Under the pieces are notes generated by a model. It was not told the origin of the DNA. It worked only from the letters and a program-made list of their open reading frames with translations, and did no database searches. Positions 40,512 through 50,474 of a stretch of 64,000 nucleotides of DNA are shown piece after piece. Positions within the stretch are counted from its first letter, which is position 1. Each line of letters starts with the position of its first letter. Position numbers and translations under genes: made by a program. Source of the stretch: Occultella glacieicola (GTDB lineage Bacteria > Actinomycetota > Actinomycetes > Actinomycetales > Beutenbergiaceae). The stretch is taken from positions 496,001 to 560,000 of the forward strand of contig NZ_SMNA01000002.1 in NCBI RefSeq assembly GCF_004353825.1, read 5' to 3'.

Positions 40512-43022
40512 ATGTCCGTCACATCCGATACCGAATCCCGCCGACCGTCGACTCCGGGGAGTCCGTGGGGGCACCGACCGGTCGCCGAGCTCGACTCCGA
40601 GACCCTGAACACGCTGGACCGGTGGTGGCGGGCCGCGAACTACCTGTCCGTCGGCCAGATCTACCTCCTCGCGAACCCGCTGCTGCAGACCACGCTCTCG
40701 CGCGACGACGTCAAGCCGCGGTTGCTCGGCCACTGGGGCACCACCCCGGGTCTGAATTTCCTGTACGCGCACCTGAACCGGGTGATTGCCGAGCGGGGAC
40801 AGTCCACGATCTACCTGACCGGTCCCGGGCACGGTGGGCCCGGCCTGGTCGCGAACTCCTACCTCGAGGGCACCTACACCGAGACCTACCCGGACATCAG
40901 CCAGGACGCCGAGGGCATGCGCCGGCTGTTCCGGCAGTTCTCCTTCCCGGGTGGCATCCCCTCGCACGTGGCGCCGGAGACGCCCGGTTCCATCCATGAG
41001 GGCGGCGAGTTGGGCTACGTGCTCTCCCACGCCTACGGTGCCGCGTTCGACAACCCGGACCTGCTGGTCGCGGCCGTCGTCGGCGACGGCGAGGCCGAGA
41101 CCGGTCCGCTGGCCACCAGCTGGCACTCGAACAAGTTCGTCAACCCGGTCCAGGACGGGGTGGTGCTGCCGATCCTGCACCTGAACGGGTACAAGATCGC
41201 CAACCCGACCGTGCTCGCCCGGATCCCGGACGACGAACTGCTCAACCTGATGCGCGGGTACGGCCACAAGCCGCACCTGTTCGTCGGCGGGTTCGACGGC
41301 GAGGACCCGGCGGCCGTGCACGCCCGGTTCGCCGTGCTGCTCGACGAGGTGTTCAACGAGATCGCCGACATCAAGGCCGCGGCCGCGGACGGCAACACCG
41401 ACCGCCCGGCCTGGCCGATGATCATCCTGCGCTCCCCGAAGGGATGGACCTGCCCGCCGACCATCGACGGCAAGCAGGTCGAGGACTCCTGGCGCTCCCA
41501 CCAGGTGCCCCTGGCCAGTGCCCGGGACACCCCGGAGCACCTCGAGGTGCTGCACGACTGGCTCACCTCCTACGGCGCCGAGGAACTGTTCGACGACGAC
41601 GGTGCCCCGGCCCCGGACATCGCCGCCCTGGCGCCGACCGGCGAGTTGCGGATGAGCGGGAACCCGCACGTGAACGGCGGGCTGCTGCTGCGCGACCTGC
41701 GGATGCCCGACTACACCGAGTTCGCCGTGGACGTGCCCGCTCCGGGCGGCGCGATCGCCGAGCCCACCAAGGTCCTCGGTCAGTGGCTGACCGAGGTGAT
41801 CAGGCGCAACCCGGACAACTTCCGCATCTTCGGCCCCGACGAGACCGCCTCGAACCGGCTCCAGGCGGTCTACGACGTCACCGACAAGCAGTGGAACGCC
41901 GGCTATCTCGAGACCGACGCGGACGACCACCTGGCCCGCGCCGGCCGGGTCCTGGAGATGCTCTCCGAGCACCAGTGCCAGGGCTGGCTCGAGGGCTACC
42001 TGCTCACCGGGCGGCACGGCCTGTTCAACTGCTACGAGGCGTTCATCCACATCGTCGACTCGATGTTCAACCAGCACGCCAAGTGGCTCGAGGTCAGCCG
42101 GGAGATCCCGTGGCGGCGCCCGATCGCGAGCCTGAACTATCTGCTCTCCTCGCACGTCTGGCGTCAGGACCACAACGGGTTCTCCCACCAGGATCCCGGC
42201 TTCATCGACCTCGTGATGAACAAGAAGTCCGAGATCGTGCGGGTCTACCTGCCGCCGGACGCGAACACGCTGCTGTCCACCTACGACCACTGCCTGCGCA
42301 GCCGCGACTACGTGAACGTGGTGGTCGCCGGCAAGCAGCCCGGCCCGCAGTTCCTGACCATGGACGAGGCGATCGCGCACTGCACCCGGGGCCTGGGCAT
42401 CTGGGAGTGGGCCGGCACCGAGGTGCCCGGTGAGGACCCGGATGTGGTCCTCGGCTGCGCCGGCGACATCCCGACCCTGGAGGTGCTCGCCGCGGCGGAC
42501 CTGCTCCGCCAACACCTGCCCGACCTGTCGGTGCGGGTCGTCAACGTGGTGGACCTGATGCGGCTGCAGGACGAGCGCGAGCACCCGCACGGGCTCTCGG
42601 ACCGGGACTTCAGCACGTACTTCACCGACACGAAGCCGATCATCTTCGCCTACCACGGCTATCCGTGGCTGCTGCACCGGCTCACCTACCGCCGGGCCGG
42701 CCACAAGAACCTGCACGTGCGCGGCTACAAGGAGGAGGGCACCACCACCACGCCGTTCGACATGGTGATGCTCAACGACCTGGACCGCTACCACCTGGTC
42801 ATGGACGTCATCGATCGGGTCCCGGGCCTCGGGTCCAAGGCTGCCGGGCTGCGCCAGGAGATGTCCGACGCGCGCCTGCGGGCCCGCCGGTACACCCGCG
42901 AGCACGGCGACGACATCCCCGAGGTGCGGGACTGGGTCTGGCCGGACTCCGGCGACACGGGCACGGCCGAGGGCGGTCCGGCCCGTCACGCCACCACCGA
43001 CACCGCGGGAGACAACGAGTAA
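40512..43022 (+). CDS. xfp: Phosphoketolase (XFP family)
   Basis: [49 protein letters not shown] and [11 protein letters not shown]. Confidence 0.97.
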   Translation: MSVTSDTESRRPSTPGSPWGHRPVAELDSETLNTLDRWWRAANYLSVGQIYLLANPLLQTTLSRDDVKPRLLGHWGTTPGLNFLYAHLNRVIAERGQSTIYLTGPGHGGPGLVANSYLEGTYTETYPDISQDAEGMRRLFRQFSFPGGIPSHVAPETPGSIHEGGELGYVLSHAYGAAFDNPDLLVAAVVGDGEAETGPLATSWHSNKFVNPVQDGVVLPILHLNGYKIANPTVLARIPDDELLNLMRGYGHKPHLFVGGFDGEDPAAVHARFAVLLDEVFNEIADIKAAAADGNTDRPAWPMIILRSPKGWTCPPTIDGKQVEDSWRSHQVPLASARDTPEHLEVLHDWLTSYGAEELFDDDGAPAPDIAALAPTGELRMSGNPHVNGGLLLRDLRMPDYTEFAVDVPAPGGAIAEPTKVLGQWLTEVIRRNPDNFRIFGPDETASNRLQAVYDVTDKQWNAGYLETDADDHLARAGRVLEMLSEHQCQGWLEGYLLTGRHGLFNCYEAFIHIVDSMFNQHAKWLEVSREIPWRRPIASLNYLLSSHVWRQDHNGFSHQDPGFIDLVMNKKSEIVRVYLPPDANTLLSTYDHCLRSRDYVNVVVAGKQPGPQFLTMDEAIAHCTRGLGIWEWAGTEVPGEDPDVVLGCAGDIPTLEVLAAADLLRQHLPDLSVRVVNVVDLMRLQDEREHPHGLSDRDFSTYFTDTKPIIFAYHGYPWLLHRLTYRRAGHKNLHVRGYKEEGTTTTPFDMVMLNDLDRYHLVMDVIDRVPGLGSKAAGLRQEMSDARLRARRYTREHGDDIPEVRDWVWPDSGDTGTAEGGPARHATTDTAGDNE

Positions 43023-45088
43023 TGGTGACGAATGTGTACGTGACCTCGCCGGAGGGGCACACGGGGAAATCCTCGGTGGCCCTCGGGCTGGTCGAACTGT
43101 TCGTCCGTCGGGTCAAGCGGGTGGGGGTGTTCCGCCCGGTGGCCCGGGGGGACGACGAGCGGGACTCGGTGCTCGAACTGCTGCTCGCGCACGACGGCGT
43201 CGACCTCTCCTACGAGGAGACGGTCGGGGTCACCTACGAGGACGTACACGCGGACGCGGACGCCGCCCTGGCCACGATCATGCACAAGTACCGCGACGTG
43301 GAGCGCCAGTGCGAGGCGGTGGTGATCGTCGGTTCGGACTACACCGACGTCGCCGGCCCGACCGAACTCGCGTTCAACGCACGCATCGCCGCGAACCTGG
43401 GCTCCGCCGTCGTCCTGGTCACCTCGGCCGTCGACCGCGCGCCCGAGGACGTGCGCTCGATGGTGGACCTGTCCATCGCCGAGCTGAACGCCGCACACGC
43501 CCGAGTGGTGGCCGTGGTCGCCAACCGGGCCGATCCGGCGCGGCTCGCCGGGTTCGAGGCGGCCCTGGCGGACCTGCCCCTGCCGGCGTGGGTGATGCCG
43601 GACGTCCCGCTGCTGTCCGCGCCGAGCGTGCGGGACCTGCTCGAGGCGGTGGACGGCCGGCTCCTGGCCGGCGACGACGAGCTGCTCGACCGGGAGGCCG
43701 AGGAACTCATCGTCGGTGGGATGACGATGGAGCACATCCTGGACCGGATCACCGACGGCGCCGTGGTGATCGTGCCCGGCGACCGGTCCGAGGTGGTGCT
43801 GGCCATGGTCGCGGCGCACGCGGCCGAGAGCTTCCCGTCGCTGGCCGGGCTGATCCTCAACGGCGGCTTCGAACCGACCGCCCAGATCGCCCGCCTCGTG
43901 GGCGGCCTCGGCCAGCGGCTGCCGATCGTGACGACGCAGTACGGCACGTTCGGGACCGCCAGCCGGGTCGCGCGCACCCGCGGGTTGTTGTCCACCGGTT
44001 CCCAGCGCAAGCTCGACGTCGCCCGCGCGACGTTCGAGTCCGCCGTCGACGGCGAACGGCTGCTGGACGCCGTCGACGTGCCGCGCAGCGAGGTCGTCAC
44101 CCCCCTGATGTTCGAGTACGACCTGCTCGAACGGGCCCGGACCGCGCGCAAGCACGTGGTGCTGCCCGAGGGCACCGACGACCGGATCCTGCGCGCGGCC
44201 AGCACCCTGCTCGCCCGGGACGTCGCCCAGCTGACCCTGCTCGGCGACGAGCCGACCGTGCGGTCCCGCGCCAGCGAGCTCGGGCTCGACCTCACCGGCG
44301 CCACCGTCGTGTCCCCCAAGGACCCCGAGCTGCGGGAGCGGTTCGCGCAGGAGTACGCGCGGCTTCGCGCTCACAAGGGCATGACTGCGGAGCGGGCCCG
44401 GGAGATCGTCACCGACGTCTCCTACTTCGGCACCCTGATGGTCCACCTCGGCCTGGCCGACGGCATGGTCTCCGGCGCCCAGCACACCACCGCGCACACG
44501 ATCAAGCCCTCGTTCGAGATCATCAAGACCGTGCCCGGGGTGTCCGTGGTGTCCTCGGTGTTCTTCATGTGCCTCGAGGACAAGGTGCTCGTCTACGGCG
44601 ACTGCGCCGTGAACCCGGACCCGACCGCCGAACAGCTCGCGGACATCGCCGTCTCCTCCGCGGCCACGGCCGCGCAGTTCGGGGTGGACCCCCGGGTGGC
44701 AATGCTCTCCTACTCGACCGGGGAGTCCGGCTCCGGTGCGGACGTGGACAAGGTGCGTACCGCGACCGAACTCGTCCGCGAGCGCGCCGGCGACCTCGTG
44801 GTCGAGGGCCCGATCCAGTACGACGCCGCCGTGGACGCCTCGGTCGCGAAGACGAAACTGCCGGACTCGGAGGTCGCCGGCCGGGCCACCGTGTTCATCT
44901 TCCCGGACCTGAACACCGGCAACAACACCTACAAGGCGGTGCAGCGCTCCGCCGGGGCCGTCGCGGTCGGACCCGTCCTGCAGGGACTGAACAAGCCGGT
45001 GAACGACCTGTCCCGCGGCGCTCTGGTGCAGGACATCGTCAACACCGTCGCCATCACCGCCATCCAGGCCCAAGGAGCCGCCCTGTGA
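43022..45088 (+). CDS. pta: Phosphate acetyltransferase (long form with AAA/DRTGG N-terminus)
   Basis: TAATG overlap with xfp; GKSSVALG, PGDR, VLPEG, GDCAVNP, GNNTYKAVQR and PVNDLSRG. Confidence 0.96.
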   Translation: MVTNVYVTSPEGHTGKSSVALGLVELFVRRVKRVGVFRPVARGDDERDSVLELLLAHDGVDLSYEETVGVTYEDVHADADAALATIMHKYRDVERQCEAVVIVGSDYTDVAGPTELAFNARIAANLGSAVVLVTSAVDRAPEDVRSMVDLSIAELNAAHARVVAVVANRADPARLAGFEAALADLPLPAWVMPDVPLLSAPSVRDLLEAVDGRLLAGDDELLDREAEELIVGGMTMEHILDRITDGAVVIVPGDRSEVVLAMVAAHAAESFPSLAGLILNGGFEPTAQIARLVGGLGQRLPIVTTQYGTFGTASRVARTRGLLSTGSQRKLDVARATFESAVDGERLLDAVDVPRSEVVTPLMFEYDLLERARTARKHVVLPEGTDDRILRAASTLLARDVAQLTLLGDEPTVRSRASELGLDLTGATVVSPKDPELRERFAQEYARLRAHKGMTAERAREIVTDVSYFGTLMVHLGLADGMVSGAQHTTAHTIKPSFEIIKTVPGVSVVSSVFFMCLEDKVLVYGDCAVNPDPTAEQLADIAVSSAATAAQFGVDPRVAMLSYSTGESGSGADVDKVRTATELVRERAGDLVVEGPIQYDAAVDASVAKTKLPDSEVAGRATVFIFPDLNTGNNTYKAVQRSAGAVAVGPVLQGLNKPVNDLSRGALVQDIVNTVAITAIQAQGAAL

Positions 45089-46323
45089 GCAGGAACGTCC
45101 TCGTCATCAACTCGGGATCGTCGTCCTTGAAGTACCAGGTGGTCGACGCCGAGACCGGGGCCGCGGGCGCCGTCGGCCTGGTGGAGCGGATCGGGCAGGG
45201 GTCCGGCCTCCTGACTCACACCGTCGGCACCGTCGGCACCGGCGGCACCGGCGGCACCGGCGGCACGGACGAGCCGGTCACGCACCGCATCGAACGGCCG
45301 GTGCCCAACCACACCGCGGCGATGGAGGCGATGGCCGACGCGTTCGCCGAGCAGGGACCCTCCCTCGCCGAGGCCGGGCTGGTCGCGGTGGGGCACCGCG
45401 TGGTCCAGGGCGGGGCCAGGTTCGGCGGCTCCGTGCTGATCGACGACGAGGTGGTCGCGATCATCGAGGACCTCTCCGACCTCGCGCCGCTGCACAACCC
45501 GCCCAACCTCGACGGCATCCGGGCCGCCCGGGCGTCCTTCCCGGACCTGCCGCACGTGGCGGTGTTCGACACCGCGTTCCATCTGACCATGCCCGATCAC
45601 GCCGCCACCTACGCGATCGACCGGGAGGTCGCGGCGGCGCACCGGATCCGGCGCTACGGCGCTCACGGTACGTCCCACCAGTACGTGGCCCGCGAGGCCG
45701 CGGCGTTCCTCGGGATCCCCAAGGAGCGGTCCAACCTGATTGTGCTGCACCTGGGCAACGGGGCCTCGGTGACCGCGGTGAAGGACGGGGTGTCGGTGGA
45801 CACCTCGATGGGGCTGACCCCGCTCGAGGGCCTGGTGATGGGAACCCGCACCGGGGACATCGACCCCGCCGTGGTGTTCCACCTGTCCCGGACCGCCGGG
45901 ATGAGCATCGACGAGATCGACGACCTGATGAACCGCCGGTCCGGGATGCTCGGCCTGACCGGCATGGTGGATATGCGCGACGTCGATGACGCCGTCGACG
46001 CGGGTGACCCGGCCGCCGTGCTCGCGATGGAGGTCTACTGCTACCGGCTGCGCAAGTACATCGGCGCGTACACCGCCGTGCTCGGCCGGGTCGACGCCGT
46101 CGTGTTCACCGCCGGCATCGGCGAGAACAGCGGACCGGTCCGGGCCGGTGCCCTGCAGGGTCTGGAGCCCTTCGGCATCCACCTGGACGCCGCCGCGAAC
46201 CAGGCCCGATCGCGCGAGGTCCGGCGCATCAGTGCACCCGACTCCCCCGTGGCTGTGCTGGTGCTGCCCACGAACGAGGAGTTCGAGATCGCTCGGGAGG
46301 CGGTCACCGTCGTCCGAACCTGA
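45085..46323 (+). CDS. ackA: Acetate kinase
   Basis: GTGA overlap with pta; VLVINSGSSSLKY, GHRVVQGG, APLHNP, VFDTAFH, HLGNGAS and TNEE. Confidence 0.97.
   Translation: MSRNVLVINSGSSSLKYQVVDAETGAAGAVGLVERIGQGSGLLTHTVGTVGTGGTGGTGGTDEPVTHRIERPVPNHTAAMEAMADAFAEQGPSLAEAGLVAVGHRVVQGGARFGGSVLIDDEVVAIIEDLSDLAPLHNPPNLDGIRAARASFPDLPHVAVFDTAFHLTMPDHAATYAIDREVAAAHRIRRYGAHGTSHQYVAREAAAFLGIPKERSNLIVLHLGNGASVTAVKDGVSVDTSMGLTPLEGLVMGTRTGDIDPAVVFHLSRTAGMSIDEIDDLMNRRSGMLGLTGMVDMRDVDDAVDAGDPAAVLAMEVYCYRLRKYIGAYTAVLGRVDAVVFTAGIGENSGPVRAGALQGLEPFGIHLDAAANQARSREVRRISAPDSPVAVLVLPTNEEFEIAREAVTVVRT
45219..45266. repeat. In-frame 9-bp tandem repeat inside ackA
   Basis: CACCG(T/G)CGG x5 encoding TVGTVGTGGTGGTGGT. Confidence 0.85.
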
Positions 46324-46351
46324 GCCACCACTACCGATCGGGGAATGAAGG

Positions 46352-47758
46352 ATGAGCAGCGACAACGCCGGTACCAGACACGTCACCGCCGACCTGGTCG
46401 ATCCCTACGCGCTGGATCCCCGGGATGTTCAGGACCCGCCCACCACCATCCGAGGGCGCCTCCGGTTCCTCGGCCCGGGCATGATCACCTCGGCGGCCGT
46501 CGTCGGTTCCGGGGAGCTCCTGACCGCGACCACGCTGGGCGCCGAGGCGGGCTTCGTCCTCCTCTGGCTCGTCCTGGTCTCCACGTTCCTCAAGGTCTGG
46601 GTGCAGATCGAGCTGGGCCGGTGGTCCATCTCGACCGGCAAGGTCGCGGTGACCGGCTACAACGAGGTCCCCCCGAAGATCGCCGGGCGCGGCTGGATGG
46701 CCTGGCTCGTCCTGCTGATGTTCATCCAGTTCCTCACCAGCCAGGCCGGGGTGATCAGCGCGGCCGCCTTCGCGTTCTCCTCGCTCATGCCCATCGGTGG
46801 CGACCCCTACTCGCTGGTGTCGATCGGCACCTGGGTGGCGATCCTGGTCGTCATCGCGATCGGGATCCACGTGTGGAACAGGTACACGATCGTCGAGGGC
46901 GTCTCGACGGTGCTGGTCGTGCTCGTCACGACGTTCGCCGTGGTGATCGTGTTCCTCATCCAGGGCAGCGCCTACGACTGGAGCCTCGCCGACCTTGGCG
47001 AGGGGATGCGGTTCCAGATCGCGCTCGGCTCGATGGGCGTCGCGCTCTCCATGTTCGGCCTGACCGGCGTCGGCGCCGGCGAGGTCACCGCGTACACCTA
47101 CTGGTGCGTCGAGAAGGGTTACGCGGCCTGGTCGGGCAGGAACGACGGCTCCGAGGCGTGGGCCCGGCGCGCCCGGGGCTGGATCAAGGTCATGAAGATG
47201 GACGCATGGGTGGCCTGGGTGGTCTACACGATCTCGACCGCGGCGTTCTATGTCCTCGGCGCCGCCGTGCTGCACCCGCAGGGGATCGTGCCCGAGGGCG
47301 ACGAGGTCATGACCACGATCTCGAGCATCTTCTCGACGGCGGTCGGGCAGTGGGGCGCGACCGTGTTCCTCATCGGCGCCGGTGTCGCACTCTTCAAGAC
47401 GATCATCGCCAACGTCCCCAGCCTCGGCCGCCAGGTGGGCAACACGCTCGCGGTGTTCGGGGCCTTCGACTGGAGTGACCAGATCCAGCGTGACCGTTGG
47501 ATGCGGGGCATCATGGTGGTGCTGCCGATCATCTGGGGCCTGCTCGGCACGGTCGTCTCCTCGCCGCTCGCCCTGGTCATCCTGGCGGGGATCCTGAATG
47601 CGGTCTTCCTCATGGGCGTCGCGGCGTCGACCGTCTACCTCTCCCAGCGCCAGACCGATCCTCTGGTCAAGGACGGCGCCGCGTTCACCGTGATGCTCGT
47701 CATCTCCGCGCTGGCGATCTTCCTGGTCGGCATCGTGGGCCTGACCAACCTGTTCTGA
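46352..47758 (+). CDS. Nramp-related (APC superfamily) transporter
   Basis: GPGMITSAAVVGSGELL TM1 motif and about 11 TMs; lacks the canonical Nramp DPGN. Confidence 0.8.
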   Translation: MSSDNAGTRHVTADLVDPYALDPRDVQDPPTTIRGRLRFLGPGMITSAAVVGSGELLTATTLGAEAGFVLLWLVLVSTFLKVWVQIELGRWSISTGKVAVTGYNEVPPKIAGRGWMAWLVLLMFIQFLTSQAGVISAAAFAFSSLMPIGGDPYSLVSIGTWVAILVVIAIGIHVWNRYTIVEGVSTVLVVLVTTFAVVIVFLIQGSAYDWSLADLGEGMRFQIALGSMGVALSMFGLTGVGAGEVTAYTYWCVEKGYAAWSGRNDGSEAWARRARGWIKVMKMDAWVAWVVYTISTAAFYVLGAAVLHPQGIVPEGDEVMTTISSIFSTAVGQWGATVFLIGAGVALFKTIIANVPSLGRQVGNTLAVFGAFDWSDQIQRDRWMRGIMVVLPIIWGLLGTVVSSPLALVILAGILNAVFLMGVAASTVYLSQRQTDPLVKDGAAFTVMLVISALAIFLVGIVGLTNLF

Positions 47759-47900
47759 GGCCCGCGCACGGTCGAGGATGGCAAACCCCGGCAACCGCTG
47801 CCGGGCGATGCTCGAGGTCGCCTAGCCTCGGGGAACAAGGGATGGCCGAGGGCGTCCGTCCCTGTCACGGCAGGGACATGAATCGAAGGAGAGTGCGACG

Positions 47901-48761
47901 ATGGCCAAGATCGGCGTCCAGGCGATGATGCTGAAGGACAAGTTCGAGGAGCTGGGGCCCTACGAGACCCTGAGCCGGATCACCGACCTCGGTTACCACG
48001 CCGTCGAGATCTCACAGATCCCGATGACGGCCGAGAACGTGGCCGAGCTGGCGCGTGCCCGCGACGAGCTCGGCATGGACGTCGGGGCCCTGTCCGCCAC
48101 GGTGGAGCCGAACCCGACCGGTACCGGCGAGGCGCTCAGCACCGACTTCGACAAGATCGTCGACGACGCGAACACCCTCGGCGCCCGCTACATCCGGATC
48201 GGCATGATGCCACTGACCGCGATGGCCTCCCTCGAGCAGGTCCTGGACTTCTGCCGGAAGGCGGACGAGGCGGCCGCACGGCTCGCCGGACAGGGTATCG
48301 GGCTGTACTACCACAACCACCACATCGAGTTCGCGAAGTACGACGGCAAGCGCCTGCTCGACATCATCAACGAGACGGCCCCGAACCTGCGTCTCGAGCT
48401 GGACGTGCACTGGGTCCAGCGCGGCGGCGGTGACCCCGTCCGCACGCTCCAGCGCTACGCCGACCGCACCGACCTGGTGCACCTCAAGGACTACCGGATC
48501 GGCCAGATCGACCCGGCCGTCTTCGAGGCCCTGGCGAACGGCGACCGTGGCGCCTTCACGCAGGCGTTCTCGAACGTGGTCCAGTTCGCCGAGGTCGGCG
48601 AGGGCAGCCTCGACTTCAAGGAGATCGTCGACCAGGCCGTGGCCAACGGCGTGAAGTACATGTTCGTGGAGCAGGACCAGCTGTACGGCCGCGATGTGTT
48701 CGACGCCCTGAAGATCTCGCACGACAACCTGGTCTCGCTCGGCTTCGCCGACCTCTTCTGA
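47901..48761 (+). CDS. Sugar phosphate isomerase/epimerase (IolE/xylose-isomerase-like TIM barrel)
   Basis: YHNHHIEF, ELDVHW, VHLKD, EVGEG and VEQD motifs; AAGGAG RBS. Confidence 0.88.
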   Translation: MAKIGVQAMMLKDKFEELGPYETLSRITDLGYHAVEISQIPMTAENVAELARARDELGMDVGALSATVEPNPTGTGEALSTDFDKIVDDANTLGARYIRIGMMPLTAMASLEQVLDFCRKADEAAARLAGQGIGLYYHNHHIEFAKYDGKRLLDIINETAPNLRLELDVHWVQRGGGDPVRTLQRYADRTDLVHLKDYRIGQIDPAVFEALANGDRGAFTQAFSNVVQFAEVGEGSLDFKEIVDQAVANGVKYMFVEQDQLYGRDVFDALKISHDNLVSLGFADLF

Positions 48762-48782
48762 GGTTCGCCGACCACCGACGGA

Positions 48783-48820
48783 CAGCGGGGCCCGGACGAT
48801 CTCTCGTCCGGGCCCCGCTG
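48783..48820. terminator. Perfect 17-bp-stem hairpin between convergent genes
   Basis: CAGCGGGGCCCGGACGA-TCTC-TCGTCCGGGCCCCGCTG. Confidence 0.85.
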
Positions 48821-48846
48821 CGCGTCTACGGCGCCTCTAGGGCGGC

Positions 48847-50241
48847 CTACGGGTGGGTCATCGAGGCGACGTCGAGGGCGGTGTCCAGCTGCTCCGGGGT
48901 GACCTCACCACGCTCGACGTAGCCGAGGTCCTCCACGGCCTGCCGGATCGTGATGCCGTTCGCGACGGAGTGCTTGGCGATCTTCGCGGCCGCCTCGTAG
49001 CCGATGATCCGGTTGAGCGGCGTCACGATCGACGGTGAGGACTCGGCGAGCTCGCGAGCCCGCTCGACGTTCGCCGTGATGCCGTCGACGCACTTCGTCG
49101 CCAGCGCTCGCGAGGCGTTCGCGAGCAGGTTGATCGACTCGAGCAGGTTTCGCGCGAGGACCGGCAGCATCACGTTCAGCTCGAACGTTCCGCTGGCGCC
49201 CGCGAAGGCGATCGCCGCGTCGTTGCCGATCACCTGGGCGGCGACCATCAGGGTGGCCTCCGGGATCACCGGGTTCACCTTGCCGGGCATGATCGAGGAC
49301 CCCGGCTGCAGGTCCGGCAGCGCGATCTCGCCGATGCCGGCGCGCGGGCCCGACCCCATCCAGCGCAGGTCGTTGCAGATCTTCACGAGCGAGACCGCGA
49401 TCGTGCGCAACTGGCCGGAGGTCTCCACGAGTGAGTCCTGGGCGCTCTGCGCCTCGAAGTGGTTCGGCGCCTCGGTCAGCGGTAGCCCGGTGTTCTCGGC
49501 GACCAGCGCGATCACCCGCTGTGGAAAGCCGGCCGGGGTATTGATGCCCGTGCCGACGGCGGTGCCCCCCAGGGGCAGTTCGGCCAACCGGGGCAGGGCG
49601 GAGTGCACGCGGGCGATCCCGTTGCGGATCTGCTGGGCGTAGCCGCCGAACTCCTGCCCGAGCATCACCGGGGTGGCATCCATCAGGTGCGTCCGGCCGG
49701 CCTTGACCACGTCGGCGAACTCCGTGGCCTTGGCCTCCAGCGACGCGGCCAGAACCTCGAGCCCGGGAAGCAGTTCATTGATCACGGCCTCGGTGGCCGC
49801 GATGTGGATCGAGGCCGGAAACACGTCGTTGGAGGACTGGGACGCGTTCACGTGGTCGTTCGGGTGCACGTCCGTGCCGGCCTCCGTGGCGAGGGTCGCG
49901 ATGACCTCGTTCGCGTTCATGTTCGACGACGTGCCGGAGCCCGTCTGGAACACGTCGATCGGGAAGTGGCCGTCGAACTCACCGGCGATGACCCGGTCGG
50001 CGGCGGCCCGGATCGCGTCGGCCCGAGCCCGGTCGAGCACGCCGAGCTCGGAGTTCGCCAACGCGGCGGCGCGCTTGATCTGCGCGAGCGCCGCGATGTG
50101 GTGGCGCGAGATCCCGGTGCCGGAGATCGCGAAGTTCTCCACCGCGCGTTGGGTCTGGGCGCGGTACTTGGCATCCTTGGGAACCCGGACCTCCCCCATC
50201 GTGTCGTGTTCGATGCGGTACTCGGTCGCGTCCTGCGTCAT
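48847..50241 (-). CDS. fumC: Class II fumarate hydratase
   Basis: [29 protein letters not shown] and [11 protein letters not shown]. Confidence 0.95.
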   Translation of the reverse strand: MTQDATEYRIEHDTMGEVRVPKDAKYRAQTQRAVENFAISGTGISRHHIAALAQIKRAAALANSELGVLDRARADAIRAAADRVIAGEFDGHFPIDVFQTGSGTSSNMNANEVIATLATEAGTDVHPNDHVNASQSSNDVFPASIHIAATEAVINELLPGLEVLAASLEAKATEFADVVKAGRTHLMDATPVMLGQEFGGYAQQIRNGIARVHSALPRLAELPLGGTAVGTGINTPAGFPQRVIALVAENTGLPLTEAPNHFEAQSAQDSLVETSGQLRTIAVSLVKICNDLRWMGSGPRAGIGEIALPDLQPGSSIMPGKVNPVIPEATLMVAAQVIGNDAAIAFAGASGTFELNVMLPVLARNLLESINLLANASRALATKCVDGITANVERARELAESSPSIVTPLNRIIGYEAAAKIAKHSVANGITIRQAVEDLGYVERGEVTPEQLDTALDVASMTHP

Positions 50242-50474
50242 CACTGCTCCGTTGTCGGCTGGTTGTGTCCCGAGTATCCCAGGTACGACGGCTTCGGTCA
50301 GCCTGCGGGCGGGACCTGCCCGACGGGTGCCGGTCCGGACGGGCCGGCGTCCATGGCCCGACCGGGCAGTGCCGGGAGTCGCATGGTGAGCACTACCCGG
50401 CCCCGGGCAGCCCCCGGCCGCGCGAGGTCTGCCATCATCGGCAGCCACGGCCCCGACCTGGAAGGAACCTGACG

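Noticed and set aside
43988..43996. DnaA-box-like TTGTCCACC; possible origin
   Set aside because: Single, mismatched and inside the pta coding sequence; no box cluster or AT-rich unwinding region.
46352..47758. Annotating the transporter as mntH
   Set aside because: The DPGN and MPH metal-binding motifs are absent.
50253..50274. TGTCGG near the fumC start as a third PafBC promoter
   Set aside because: The hexamer at N10 spacing is CCCGAG, which is not a -10 element.
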